From a virus (taxonomy: Duplodnaviria; Caudoviricetes), in the IMG/VR virus record IMGVR_UViG_3300032328_000502, positions 1-24,869 of that record: a stretch of DNA of 24,869 nt. One strand, written 5' to 3'. How positions within the stretch are numbered: the first letter of the stretch is position 1; every line of letters begins with the position of its first letter. Below, one piece after another: positions 1 to 6,514 of this stretch. The notes below the pieces were generated by a model. It was not told the DNA's origin. It searched no databases and worked only from the letters and a program-made list of their open reading frames with translations. The position numbers and the translations under genes were made by a program.

Positions 1-37
1 AAAAAATCCCTGAACGGTTTTGCATCTTTAATTATCC

Positions 38-139
38 TAAAAGACATTACGAAGATCATCAAAAAATCCCAGAAAGTTTGGGCGGTATACAAACAATATA
101 TCCTGATACAATTATCTCTATAGTAAAAGACATTACGAA
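38..139 (+). repeat. 16-bp direct repeat TAAAAGACATTACGAA (38-53, 124-139) in a non-coding region
   Basis: Exact copies read directly; AAAAAATCCC also occurs at 1 and 61, with an inverted copy near 219-228. Confidence 0.8.
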
Positions 140-242
140 AGCCTATTTATTTTTCCCAGATTATCCAAACATTATATACATTTTTAAAACATTTGTCTAT
201 GGTTTTTGGATATTTTTGGGGATTTTTTATATGTTTTTATAC

Positions 243-271
243 TTGACAAATAAGGGTTTTATGGGTATAAT
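243..271 (+). promoter_or_regulatory. Consensus sigma-70/SigA promoter
   Basis: TTGACA (243-248)-N17-TATAAT (266-271); no credible ORF follows. Confidence 0.8.
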
Positions 272-427
272 CCAGGAAAAAAGGATTTGACATATGAAGG
301 TTTTTATGATATGGGGTTTGGTTTGAACTGTCGCATTACGGCCGCCTCTTATAAAGATGCTCCATTCCCCATTTCACTCCATTTTCCTCCACCTAAACCC
401 TATGATAATATAATCAGTAATATATTT

Positions 428-480
428 TGTGGATAACTTGTGGATAAACATGTGGATAACTATGGATATATTGTGTATAA
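428..480. promoter_or_regulatory. Cluster of DnaA boxes (origin-like)
   Basis: TGTGGATAA at 428, 439 and 451, TGTGTATAA at 472 (reverse complements of TTATNCACA), degenerate TATGGATAT at 461; 10-12 bp spacing. Confidence 0.8.
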
Positions 481-500
481 CTTACATATTTTTCAGGGTA

Positions 501-704
501 TTATCCAAGGGTAACGGTATTATCAAGGGGTACTTCACCCTGATATCCCGTATGGCATTTCTTGCAATATGACTTAGGAGCCTTTGCTCTTGGCTTTCCT
601 TCAACCAGGATAATCTGTCCTATGGAATCCATATGGATCAATATCTCATCTACAGTCTTTGTATATACTATAGGAGTTAAAAGTGTATTACATATAGGGC
701 ACAT
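501..704 (-). CDS. Small zinc-binding hypothetical protein, leaderless
   Basis: CPIC...PIVY...CKKC; TGCTAGAAT extended -10 ends 6 nt before the ATG. Confidence 0.75.
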   Translation of the reverse strand: MCPICNTLLTPIVYTKTVDEILIHMDSIGQIILVEGKPRAKAPKSYCKKCHTGYQGEVPLDNTVTLG

Positions 705-710
705 AAGACT

Positions 711-769
711 ATTCTAGCATATACCGTCGCAAATTGCCATATGGGGATATTTGCCATATGGGGTATAAT
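711..769. promoter_or_regulatory. Divergent leaderless promoters with a duplicated operator-like site
   Basis: Minus-strand TGCTAGAAT (719-711); plus-strand TATAAT (764-769); TTGCCATATGGGG at 734-746 and 751-763. Confidence 0.65.
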
Positions 770-775
770 TGCTGT

Positions 776-883
776 ATGACTGGACTAACATGTTCTATAT
801 GTGGAAATAATAATGCTTCTCAGGTAACTACCTCAGCAACCTATTGTGTTAGTTGCTATGGTAAATATTATAAGAAGCCTTGA
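776..883 (+). CDS. 35-aa CxxC/CxxC zinc-finger microprotein (not in ORF track)
   Basis: MTGLTCSICGNNNASQVTTSATYCVSCYGKYYKKP; ATG 6 nt after TATAAT. Confidence 0.6.
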   Translation: MTGLTCSICGNNNASQVTTSATYCVSCYGKYYKKP

Positions 884-908
884 CATACCGCCTGATTTAG
901 GCTATGAT
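880..908 (+). promoter_or_regulatory. Sigma-70-type leaderless promoter
   Basis: TTGACA (880-885)-N17-TATGAT (903-908), then 6 nt to ATG 915. Confidence 0.75.
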
Positions 909-914
909 AGAGGT

Positions 915-1007
915 ATGTGTAATAAATGTAAAATGGCTAGAGAAAATATTGAGTATTGGGATACTCATCAGACTATGCAGGATGGGAATATTTGGTGTGC
1001 AAAATGA
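915..1007 (+). CDS. 30-aa Cys/His microprotein (not in ORF track)
   Basis: MCNKCKMARENIEYWDTHQTMQDGNIWCAK; leaderless start; ATGA overlap with the next gene. Confidence 0.6.
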   Translation: MCNKCKMARENIEYWDTHQTMQDGNIWCAK

Positions 1008-1165
1008 GCTTAGATGATATGATGTTAAAAATAGAAATAGCAGATAGATTAGACCAGGAATCCTATGATGTATGGGATAGGGCTAAGGTAATGAAGAATC
1101 AAGACTATCACGATGGTGTAGTCAGGGGTCTTAAGATGGCTGCAGATCTTGTAAGGAAACTATGA
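1004..1165 (+). CDS. Hypothetical phage protein (start revised from 956 to 1004)
   Basis: ATGA coupling at both ends; MSLDDMMLK... Confidence 0.65.
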   Translation: MSLDDMMLKIEIADRLDQESYDVWDRAKVMKNQDYHDGVVRGLKMAADLVRKL

Positions 1166-1269
1166 AAGAGCCACGTATTATGAAGATGGACTGGAAAGCT
1201 TTGGGCTATGAAAGGGTGTGGGTAAATGGCAAGATCAGATGGGTTCCACAGCAAACTAGAAAAGACTAG
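1162..1269 (+). CDS. 35-aa hypothetical microprotein (not in ORF track)
   Basis: MKEPRIMKMDWKALGYERVWVNGKIRWVPQQTRKD; ATGA overlap. Confidence 0.55.
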   Translation: MKEPRIMKMDWKALGYERVWVNGKIRWVPQQTRKD

Positions 1270-1567
1270 AATCCTTCCACTTAGATGTATAGGTAACATA
1301 TGTGGAGCATATGCAGGTAATCATCTAGTTAAGTGTTTTGATTATGATGAAGAAGGTAAGTTAGGCTTTGCCTATAAATACCACTCAATAATGTATACAA
1401 TATTAAATAAGCCTTATGAATTATGGGGCACATATTATACCCTTGATAGTAAGGCTTGGTTAGATGAAATTAAAAAAAATGTAGCAGGTCAAAATTGGGA
1501 TGACTATGATGAAGATGGTATAGCCTATTGGGAGAAAGTAACCGATAGCGAGTCGGAAGACTCGTAA
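1226..1567 (+). CDS. Hypothetical phage protein
   Basis: 113-aa ORF in the operon direction, acidic C-terminus. Confidence 0.65.
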   Translation: MARSDGFHSKLEKTRILPLRCIGNICGAYAGNHLVKCFDYDEEGKLGFAYKYHSIMYTILNKPYELWGTYYTLDSKAWLDEIKKNVAGQNWDDYDEDGIAYWEKVTDSESEDS

Positions 1568-1590
1568 GGTGGTTTGTGATTCTATTTTTG

Positions 1591-1627
1591 CGCCGAACTT
1601 GACGTACTTATCGCCGAACTGTATAAT
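1591..1627 (+). promoter_or_regulatory. Leaderless promoter with a CGCCGAACT direct repeat
   Basis: TTGACG (1599-1604)-N17-TATAAT (1622-1627), 6 nt to ATG 1634; CGCCGAACT at 1591 and 1612. Confidence 0.75.
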
Positions 1628-1633
1628 GTATAT

Positions 1634-1846
1634 ATGACACATGATGAATTGCTAGAAAAAGTAAGTAACTATAAGGATGCTGGGCTTGGCTCTTTAGTAG
1701 CCCTTCGTTCAGTAGTGGCACTGCATAAGCCATACCAACATGAGGCAGTTAGCTATGTCTTCTGTGTGGGCTGTACGCTAGACTTAGATTTAGCCCCACC
1801 TTATCCTTGTGAAACTATTCAGGCTATTGAAAAGGAACTAATATGA
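1634..1846 (+). CDS. Small metal-binding phage protein
   Basis: LHKP...CVGC...YPCETIQAI pattern; leaderless start. Confidence 0.75.
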   Translation: MTHDELLEKVSNYKDAGLGSLVALRSVVALHKPYQHEAVSYVFCVGCTLDLDLAPPYPCETIQAIEKELI

Positions 1847-2049
1847 TAAACATGGAAATACCAGATCCATTCCAAACCTTTGTAGCCAAGAAGTATGCCA
1901 ATGCCAAAGGGTATGTTCATGACTTCTTTACTGAGGAATGGTCTTATAACTGCTTATCTTGTAAAGAAGATATGTCTGCACCTACCCGCAAAATTATGAC
2001 AAAGATTAGATTATTCCATACTAGAAATGAGTGTTTAGGTGGATACTGA
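1843..2049 (+). CDS. Small hypothetical protein (CxxC...H...C)
   Basis: ATGA overlap; CLSC...HTRNEC. Confidence 0.7.
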   Translation: MINMEIPDPFQTFVAKKYANAKGYVHDFFTEEWSYNCLSCKEDMSAPTRKIMTKIRLFHTRNECLGGY

Positions 2050-2134
2050 AGAATTTGATTTAGAGTTTACTGTTGAAGAAATGATTAATCTCTACGGTAT
2101 TAATAGCCTTGAAGATTTAGATAGGATTGACTAA
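2039..2134 (+). CDS. 31-aa acidic microprotein
   Basis: GTG start; MDTEEFDLEFTVEEMINLYGINSLEDLDRID; TAATG coupling to the next gene. Confidence 0.5.
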   Translation: MDTEEFDLEFTVEEMINLYGINSLEDLDRID

Positions 2135-2256
2135 TGGATACTGAAGAACAGTTTGATAAAGAGTATGATGTAGATGCAATTGCCCAGTCAATAGTTGACA
2201 GGATAAAAGCTGAAGTTAAGGCTGAGAGTTCTAATAAGAAGAGGCACAATCAATGA
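2134..2256 (+). CDS. 40-aa microprotein
   Basis: MDTEEQFDKEYDVDAIAQSIVDRIKAEVK...; coupled at both ends. Confidence 0.55.
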   Translation: MDTEEQFDKEYDVDAIAQSIVDRIKAEVKAESSNKKRHNQ

Positions 2257-2396
2257 CAAATAATATACTTATATTTCTATGGGGAATGCTTGCTGGTTAC
2301 ATGGTTGCTAGTGTTAGCATTGCTTTTACTTTAGTTAATAAGGGATACCGCTCAGTTAGCGAGATTCCAGATAAGGAGTTATCTAATGAAGCATGA
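2253..2396 (+). CDS. 47-aa single-TM microprotein
   Basis: MTNNILIFLWGMLAGYMVASVSIAFTLV...; GAGG SD, ATGA overlap. Confidence 0.55.
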   Translation: MTNNILIFLWGMLAGYMVASVSIAFTLVNKGYRSVSEIPDKELSNEA

Positions 2397-2484
2397 AGAC
2401 TTAAATGATCCACATACATATTGGAAAGAAATACTTGTTGTAGTGGCTATCTTATCATTCTTGCTTGGTGTTTTAGTTGGATGA
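2386..2484 (+). CDS. 32-aa C-terminal TM microprotein
   Basis: AAGGAG SD; MKHEDLNDPHTYWKEILVVVAILSFLLGVLVG. Confidence 0.55.
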   Translation: MKHEDLNDPHTYWKEILVVVAILSFLLGVLVG

Positions 2485-2585
2485 GATATTGCGATTATTG
2501 CAATGCCCCGCTAGATGGCAATGCCTGTTTGTATTGCTATAATAATAAAGAATCATTAGAAGAGTTTGACAATGAAGATGATTGA
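2481..2585 (+). CDS. 34-aa zinc-finger microprotein with an acidic tail
   Basis: MRYCDYCNAPLDGNACLYCYNNKESLEEFDNEDD; ATGA overlap. Confidence 0.55.
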   Translation: MRYCDYCNAPLDGNACLYCYNNKESLEEFDNEDD

Positions 2586-2621
2586 TGATATGATATATAT
2601 ACGAGTAGAGAGAAGAAACAA

Positions 2622-3029
2622 ATGAATCCAAAGGTAACAATAGTAGGGCGTATTGGAACAGATCCAGAAGCAATTGGAACATCTGGTGTCCGTATGCGTG
2701 TAGTAACAAATGATCGCATTAAGAATCCACAAACAGGTGCATGGGAAGATCGTGATACATCTTGGTGGACAGTAAAGGCTTGGAAGACTCTTGCAGATCA
2801 GGCTAAAGCTACCCTTAAGAAGGGTCAAGAAGTAATTATTGTTGGAACAATCTATCAAGAAAGTTGGACAGATAGTTCTGGTGCAACAAAAACATCTTAT
2901 GAAATTAATGCTGAATCACTTGCATTGACAATGCATAGTTTAACTAAGGATATGCCAGGAGTTGTTCATTCAGCACCAAAGGTTGCTTCTGAGCCAACAG
3001 AGGATCCTTGGAAAAAGGTAAATGTCTAA
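2622..3029 (+). CDS. ssb: Single-stranded DNA-binding protein
   Basis: VTIVGRIGTDPE, WEDRDTSWWTVKAW, LKKGQEVIIVG: actinobacterial-type OB-fold SSB motifs. Confidence 0.92.
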   Translation: MNPKVTIVGRIGTDPEAIGTSGVRMRVVTNDRIKNPQTGAWEDRDTSWWTVKAWKTLADQAKATLKKGQEVIIVGTIYQESWTDSSGATKTSYEINAESLALTMHSLTKDMPGVVHSAPKVASEPTEDPWKKVNV

Positions 3030-3240
3030 TTTTGATGATCTAACTGATGATCAAAAGTCACAGGTCATGAACTTAGTTATTCTAACTGTGAAAGAAATCA
3101 GAGAGCAAATTGCTAATGATATTGAGTATACCTATGAGGTCTGGTCAACTCATGGCAAAGCAAAAAGTCGTAGAACTAAAAAAGCATTTGAAGTCTGTGC
3201 AGATATTGCAAGAGGCTTAAATGAAGTTGTAGACAAATAA
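3022..3240 (+). CDS. Hypothetical phage protein
   Basis: 72-aa ORF overlapping the ssb stop. Confidence 0.7.
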   Translation: MSNFDDLTDDQKSQVMNLVILTVKEIREQIANDIEYTYEVWSTHGKAKSRRTKKAFEVCADIARGLNEVVDK

Positions 3241-3261
3241 TTGTTAAGGGGGTAGGTTTAG

Positions 3262-4029
3262 TTGCAAAATATTATTCCTACCCCTGAAATAATTAATAAG
3301 CTTAATGGTTTTGGACCGTTATATATAATCAATCTAAAGCGACGTACAGACAGATATGATCGTATGATAGATTTAATTAACAGGAATAATATAACCGATT
3401 ATACTTTTATTGAAGCAGTTGATGGCAATGAAAACATTGATCATTTAATTGATAATATTGAACAAAAACACAGATCTATTCCAACAATGTTAGAGATTGC
3501 TACAACAATTTCTCATATAAAGGCAATAGAGCATTGGATTAATACATCTGATACTGAGTATGCTATATTTGCAGAAGACGATCTTTCTGATGAAACAGTT
3601 CAGTATTGGGGGTGGACTTGGACAGAGTTTATTTCTGCAATAAAATTTGACTATGATGTTTTACAGTTATGCCAAACTCAATTTACAAAAACAGATCACA
3701 AGGTTCATAATAGAATGAGGACTGACTATAGTGCAGGACTTTATATTTTAAAACGTGAACATGCAAAGGGTATTCTAGATAGAATGATCTATAATGGAAA
3801 ATATAAGGTTAATGACCAAAGGTCAAAGGTTTTGGCAGACCATACCACGATTTTTGGAAATACAAATAAAGCCTATTCCTGTGGTCTATTTACCTACGAT
3901 ACCGACACAAAATCAGACGTGAACCCAGGTGGGACTAATCTTCATAAAAAATCAAAGGACCTAGTCCTTGCCTTTTGGAGAGAAAATAAAATATCTTTAC
4001 AGGATTTTATTCAAAACTACAAAAAGTGA
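3262..4029 (+). CDS. Glycosyltransferase family 25-like
   Basis: YIINLKRRTDR, FIEAVDG, SHIKA, IFAEDD motifs; TTG start with a G-rich SD. Confidence 0.85.
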   Translation: MQNIIPTPEIINKLNGFGPLYIINLKRRTDRYDRMIDLINRNNITDYTFIEAVDGNENIDHLIDNIEQKHRSIPTMLEIATTISHIKAIEHWINTSDTEYAIFAEDDLSDETVQYWGWTWTEFISAIKFDYDVLQLCQTQFTKTDHKVHNRMRTDYSAGLYILKREHAKGILDRMIYNGKYKVNDQRSKVLADHTTIFGNTNKAYSCGLFTYDTDTKSDVNPGGTNLHKKSKDLVLAFWRENKISLQDFIQNYKK

Positions 4030-4060
4030 TATAATTGTTATCTAGCTTTTATCGACAAAT

Positions 4061-4122
4061 CTGCATCATCTGCAGTATAAACATAGATGACGACCTGAGT
4101 ATGTCGCTACATAAACTGCTCA
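4061..4122 (+). ncRNA. Candidate sRNA with two tandem H-type pseudoknots
   Basis: PK1: CUGCA/UGCAG stem, loop UCAUC pairs with GAUGA; PK2: CGAC/GUCG stem, loop UGAGUA pairs with UGCUCA; upstream TGATATAAT at 4027-4035. Confidence 0.5.
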
Positions 4123-4123
4123 C

Positions 4124-4152
4124 TTGACTTACAGGCGTGTATGTAGTAGAAT
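4124..4152 (+). promoter_or_regulatory. Sigma-70-type promoter for the glycosyltransferase/tRNA unit
   Basis: TTGACT (4124-4129)-N17-TAGAAT (4147-4152). Confidence 0.7.
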
Positions 4153-4179
4153 TAGTGTAAAGGGAAAAGGGGTGGGCTT

Positions 4180-4947
4180 ATGGCACACAGCATCAAAGAA
4201 GGCATTACATTAGGTTGGTGTGATAACGGTTCTGTTGAAGGACGATTTGCAAGCGGTATCGCTAATACAATAATTGAGGCACCAAAGCATAAGATAAATA
4301 TTGAAAATACTATTCGTGTTAATGGAAACCAAATTGCAAGACAGAGACAGTCATTGTTTGATCATTGGGCAGACTTCTCAAATAGTGAGTGGTTGCTTTG
4401 GGTAGACTCAGACATTGTGATCAATCATGAGATTATTAAAATGTTGTGGAGTGTTGCAGATAAAAAGACAAAGCCTATTGTTACTGGAACATATTTTGTT
4501 TCTAACCAAAATGAACAAACTTTAATGGAGCCAGTACCCTCTTTGTATATGGAAACAGGTGATGAGTTTCAAACAAAGATTATTCATCCACTTCCAGAAA
4601 ACAAAGTTATTCCTGTAGACATTGCTGGCTTTGGTCTTATGCTTATGCATAGATCTATTATTGATCCAGTAAGACAGGCTGCTAATGGGTATTCCGTTTT
4701 TGGAGAAAAACAAAATCCTGGTGCACAGTTTGTTAGTGAAGATGTTGCTTTCTGTCGTTATGTAAAAAAAGCTGGCATTCAACTTTATGCTCACACTGGT
4801 GCACTTGTTCCACATATGAAAACATTTTCATTTGATAAGAACTATTACAATATTTATTGGAATGGTATTAACGAAGGCAAGATTAGAAAGCCAGGACGTG
4901 GACTAGTTGATAAGGATCCAGTAAAGGAACAAGATGGTGTGTCTTAA
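4180..4947 (+). CDS. GT-A fold (GT2-like) glycosyltransferase
   Basis: IARQRQ, LLWVDSDIV (DxD), GFGLMLMHR, SEDVAFC motifs. Confidence 0.8.
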   Translation: MAHSIKEGITLGWCDNGSVEGRFASGIANTIIEAPKHKINIENTIRVNGNQIARQRQSLFDHWADFSNSEWLLWVDSDIVINHEIIKMLWSVADKKTKPIVTGTYFVSNQNEQTLMEPVPSLYMETGDEFQTKIIHPLPENKVIPVDIAGFGLMLMHRSIIDPVRQAANGYSVFGEKQNPGAQFVSEDVAFCRYVKKAGIQLYAHTGALVPHMKTFSFDKNYYNIYWNGINEGKIRKPGRGLVDKDPVKEQDGVS

Positions 4948-4955
4948 TGACACAT

Positions 4956-5029
4956 GCACCAATAGCTCAGTTGGTCAGAGCCCCAAACTCATAATTTGGT
5001 CGTCGTAGGTTCAAGTCCTACTTGGTGTA
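4956..5029 (+). tRNA. tRNA with CAT anticodon (elongator Met or Ile2)
   Basis: Full cloverleaf: GCACCAA/TTGGTGT, GCTC/GAGC, CCAAA-CTCATAA-TTTGG, GTAGG-TTCAAGT-CCTAC; no encoded CCA. Confidence 0.93.
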
Positions 5030-5033
5030 CGAT

Positions 5034-5104
5034 GTGGATATTGCATAGTGGTAGTGCGTAACCTTGCCAAGGTTAATGTGCGGGTTCGATTCCCGCTATC
5101 CGCT
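5034..5104 (+). tRNA. tRNA-Gly(GCC)
   Basis: GTGGATA/TATCCGC, TAACC-TTGCCAA-GGTTA, GCGGG-TTCGATT-CCCGC, U73. Confidence 0.93.
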
Positions 5105-5106
5105 CT

Positions 5107-5463
5107 ATGAAAACATGTAGCAAGTGTAAACTTGTTTTAGATTACTCAGAGTTTTCACCTTCTTCTGGTGGTAAATATTTAAGACCTGAGTGTAGAAAGT
5201 GTGCAAAAAAATTAACAAAGCGTAGAGAAGAATTAAAAAAAGAGTTTGGTTATCCTGTTAATGATTACATTTGTCCAATATGTTTAAAGAATGAAGAAGA
5301 GTTAAAGGGTACTGGTGGAAATGCTAGTATTTGGGTGGTAGATCATAACCATAATACAGATGAGTTCAGAGGACATATCTGCCATAACTGTAATCGTGGT
5401 CTTGGTGTTTTTCAGGATGACATAGAAAGACTTGAGAGAGCAATAAAATATTTATCTCTGTAA
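5107..5463 (+). CDS. Endonuclease VII-family (beta-beta-alpha-Me) nuclease, putative homing endonuclease
   Basis: CPIC...VDHNH...RGHICHNCNRGLG plus an N-terminal CxxC/CxxC. Confidence 0.85.
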   Translation: MKTCSKCKLVLDYSEFSPSSGGKYLRPECRKCAKKLTKRREELKKEFGYPVNDYICPICLKNEEELKGTGGNASIWVVDHNHNTDEFRGHICHNCNRGLGVFQDDIERLERAIKYLSL

Positions 5464-5525
5464 CTCAGCGGAAGAGTGACACCCTTCTAAGGTGTAGGTC
5501 GCAGGTTCGAATCCTGCCAGGGATG
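5454..5525 (+). tRNA. tRNA-Arg(TCT)
   Basis: ATCTCTG/CAGGGAT, ACACC-CTTCTAA-GGTGT, GCAGG-TTCGAAT-CCTGC; A20 and G73 Arg identity elements. Confidence 0.93.
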
Positions 5526-5554
5526 CTATAATAGATTAAAACAAAGGGGTAATT

Positions 5555-6514
5555 TTGGCACACATAGTTTTCTTGGGTAATTTTGAAGTAGAGTATAGTA
5601 GTGAGAACCATCATGCTAAGTCTTTAGAGTCTCTTGGTCATACCGTTGAAAAGCTGCAAGAGCGTGTAGCAAGAACAGAAGTCATACTTAACAGTGCACT
5701 AAATAGCGATCTATTCATATGGGTACATACTCATGGATGGAAAACAGTTGGAAAGATTACGATGGACTCTGTTTTAGCCAGATTAAAAAATGCTGGTGTT
5801 CCAACAATGACATACCATCTTGATTTATGGTTTGGTCTAGATAGACAACAGGACTTAAGCGGAGATAACTTTTATAAAACCATTGGACATTTCTTTACAG
5901 TTGACAAGCTAATGGCTGATTGGTTTAATGAAAATACTCAAGTTAAAGGACACTTTTTACCTGCTGGAGTTTATGATAAAGAGTGTTTTGTACATAAAGA
6001 TTATAATAAAAAAGAGTTTGATCAGGATATTATTTTTGTTGGCAGCAAAAGATACCATCACGAGTATCCATATAGACCACAACTAATTGAATACCTAAAG
6101 TCTAAGTATGGTAAAAGATTCTTGCATGTTGGTGGAGATGGTGATACTGGAACAATTCGTGGTGAAGCATTAAATAGAATATATGCACGTAGTAAGATTT
6201 CTATTGGTGATAGTCTTAACATAGGATTTAAATATCCACACTACACAAGTGATAGATTGTTTGAAAGTACTGGTCGTGGTGGCTTTACTATCTACCCTCG
6301 CATTGAAGGTCTTCAAGAATATTTTGAAGATGGAAAAGAGATCGTGTTTTATGAGCATGGCAACCTAGAAGATCTATCAAACAAGATAGATAAGTATCTA
6401 GAAAATGATGTTGAGCGTGAGAAGATCCGTATGGCTGGGCATGAAAGAACAAAGCAGGAGCATACCTATATGCATAGGTGGTCAACCATTATGAATGAGT
6501 TGGGAATAAAGTGA
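5555..6514 (+). CDS. CgeB-like / Glyco_trans_1_2 glycosyltransferase (GT-B)
   Basis: DIIFVG, IYARSKISIG, SDRLFES, FEDGKEIVFY, HTYMHRW; TGCTATAAT promoter at 5524-5532. Confidence 0.85.
   Translation: MAHIVFLGNFEVEYSSENHHAKSLESLGHTVEKLQERVARTEVILNSALNSDLFIWVHTHGWKTVGKITMDSVLARLKNAGVPTMTYHLDLWFGLDRQQDLSGDNFYKTIGHFFTVDKLMADWFNENTQVKGHFLPAGVYDKECFVHKDYNKKEFDQDIIFVGSKRYHHEYPYRPQLIEYLKSKYGKRFLHVGGDGDTGTIRGEALNRIYARSKISIGDSLNIGFKYPHYTSDRLFESTGRGGFTIYPRIEGLQEYFEDGKEIVFYEHGNLEDLSNKIDKYLENDVEREKIRMAGHERTKQEHTYMHRWSTIMNELGIK

Noticed and set aside
78-290. 70-aa + strand ORF
   Set aside because: TTG start without SD, low-complexity translation, runs through repeats and a consensus promoter; likely spurious
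287-315. Second TTGACA as a promoter
   Set aside because: No -10 at 16-18 bp spacing (TATGAT is only 12 bp away); looks like a degenerate copy of the 243-271 promoter
956-1003. TTG start at 956
   Set aside because: Overlaps the leaderless 915-1007 ORF; ATG 1004 with ATGA coupling fits better
4061-4122. preQ1-I or SAM-II/V riboswitch controlling the 4180 gene
   Set aside because: Ligand-core consensus not recognisable, no overlap with the SD, and a separate promoter lies between the element and the gene
4950-5540. tRNA-associated HDV-like (theta) ribozymes or suppressor tRNAs / stop-codon recoding
   Set aside because: No room or motif after the tRNA 3' ends; anticodons are sense; genes are intact in code 11 with TAA, TAG and TGA all used as stops
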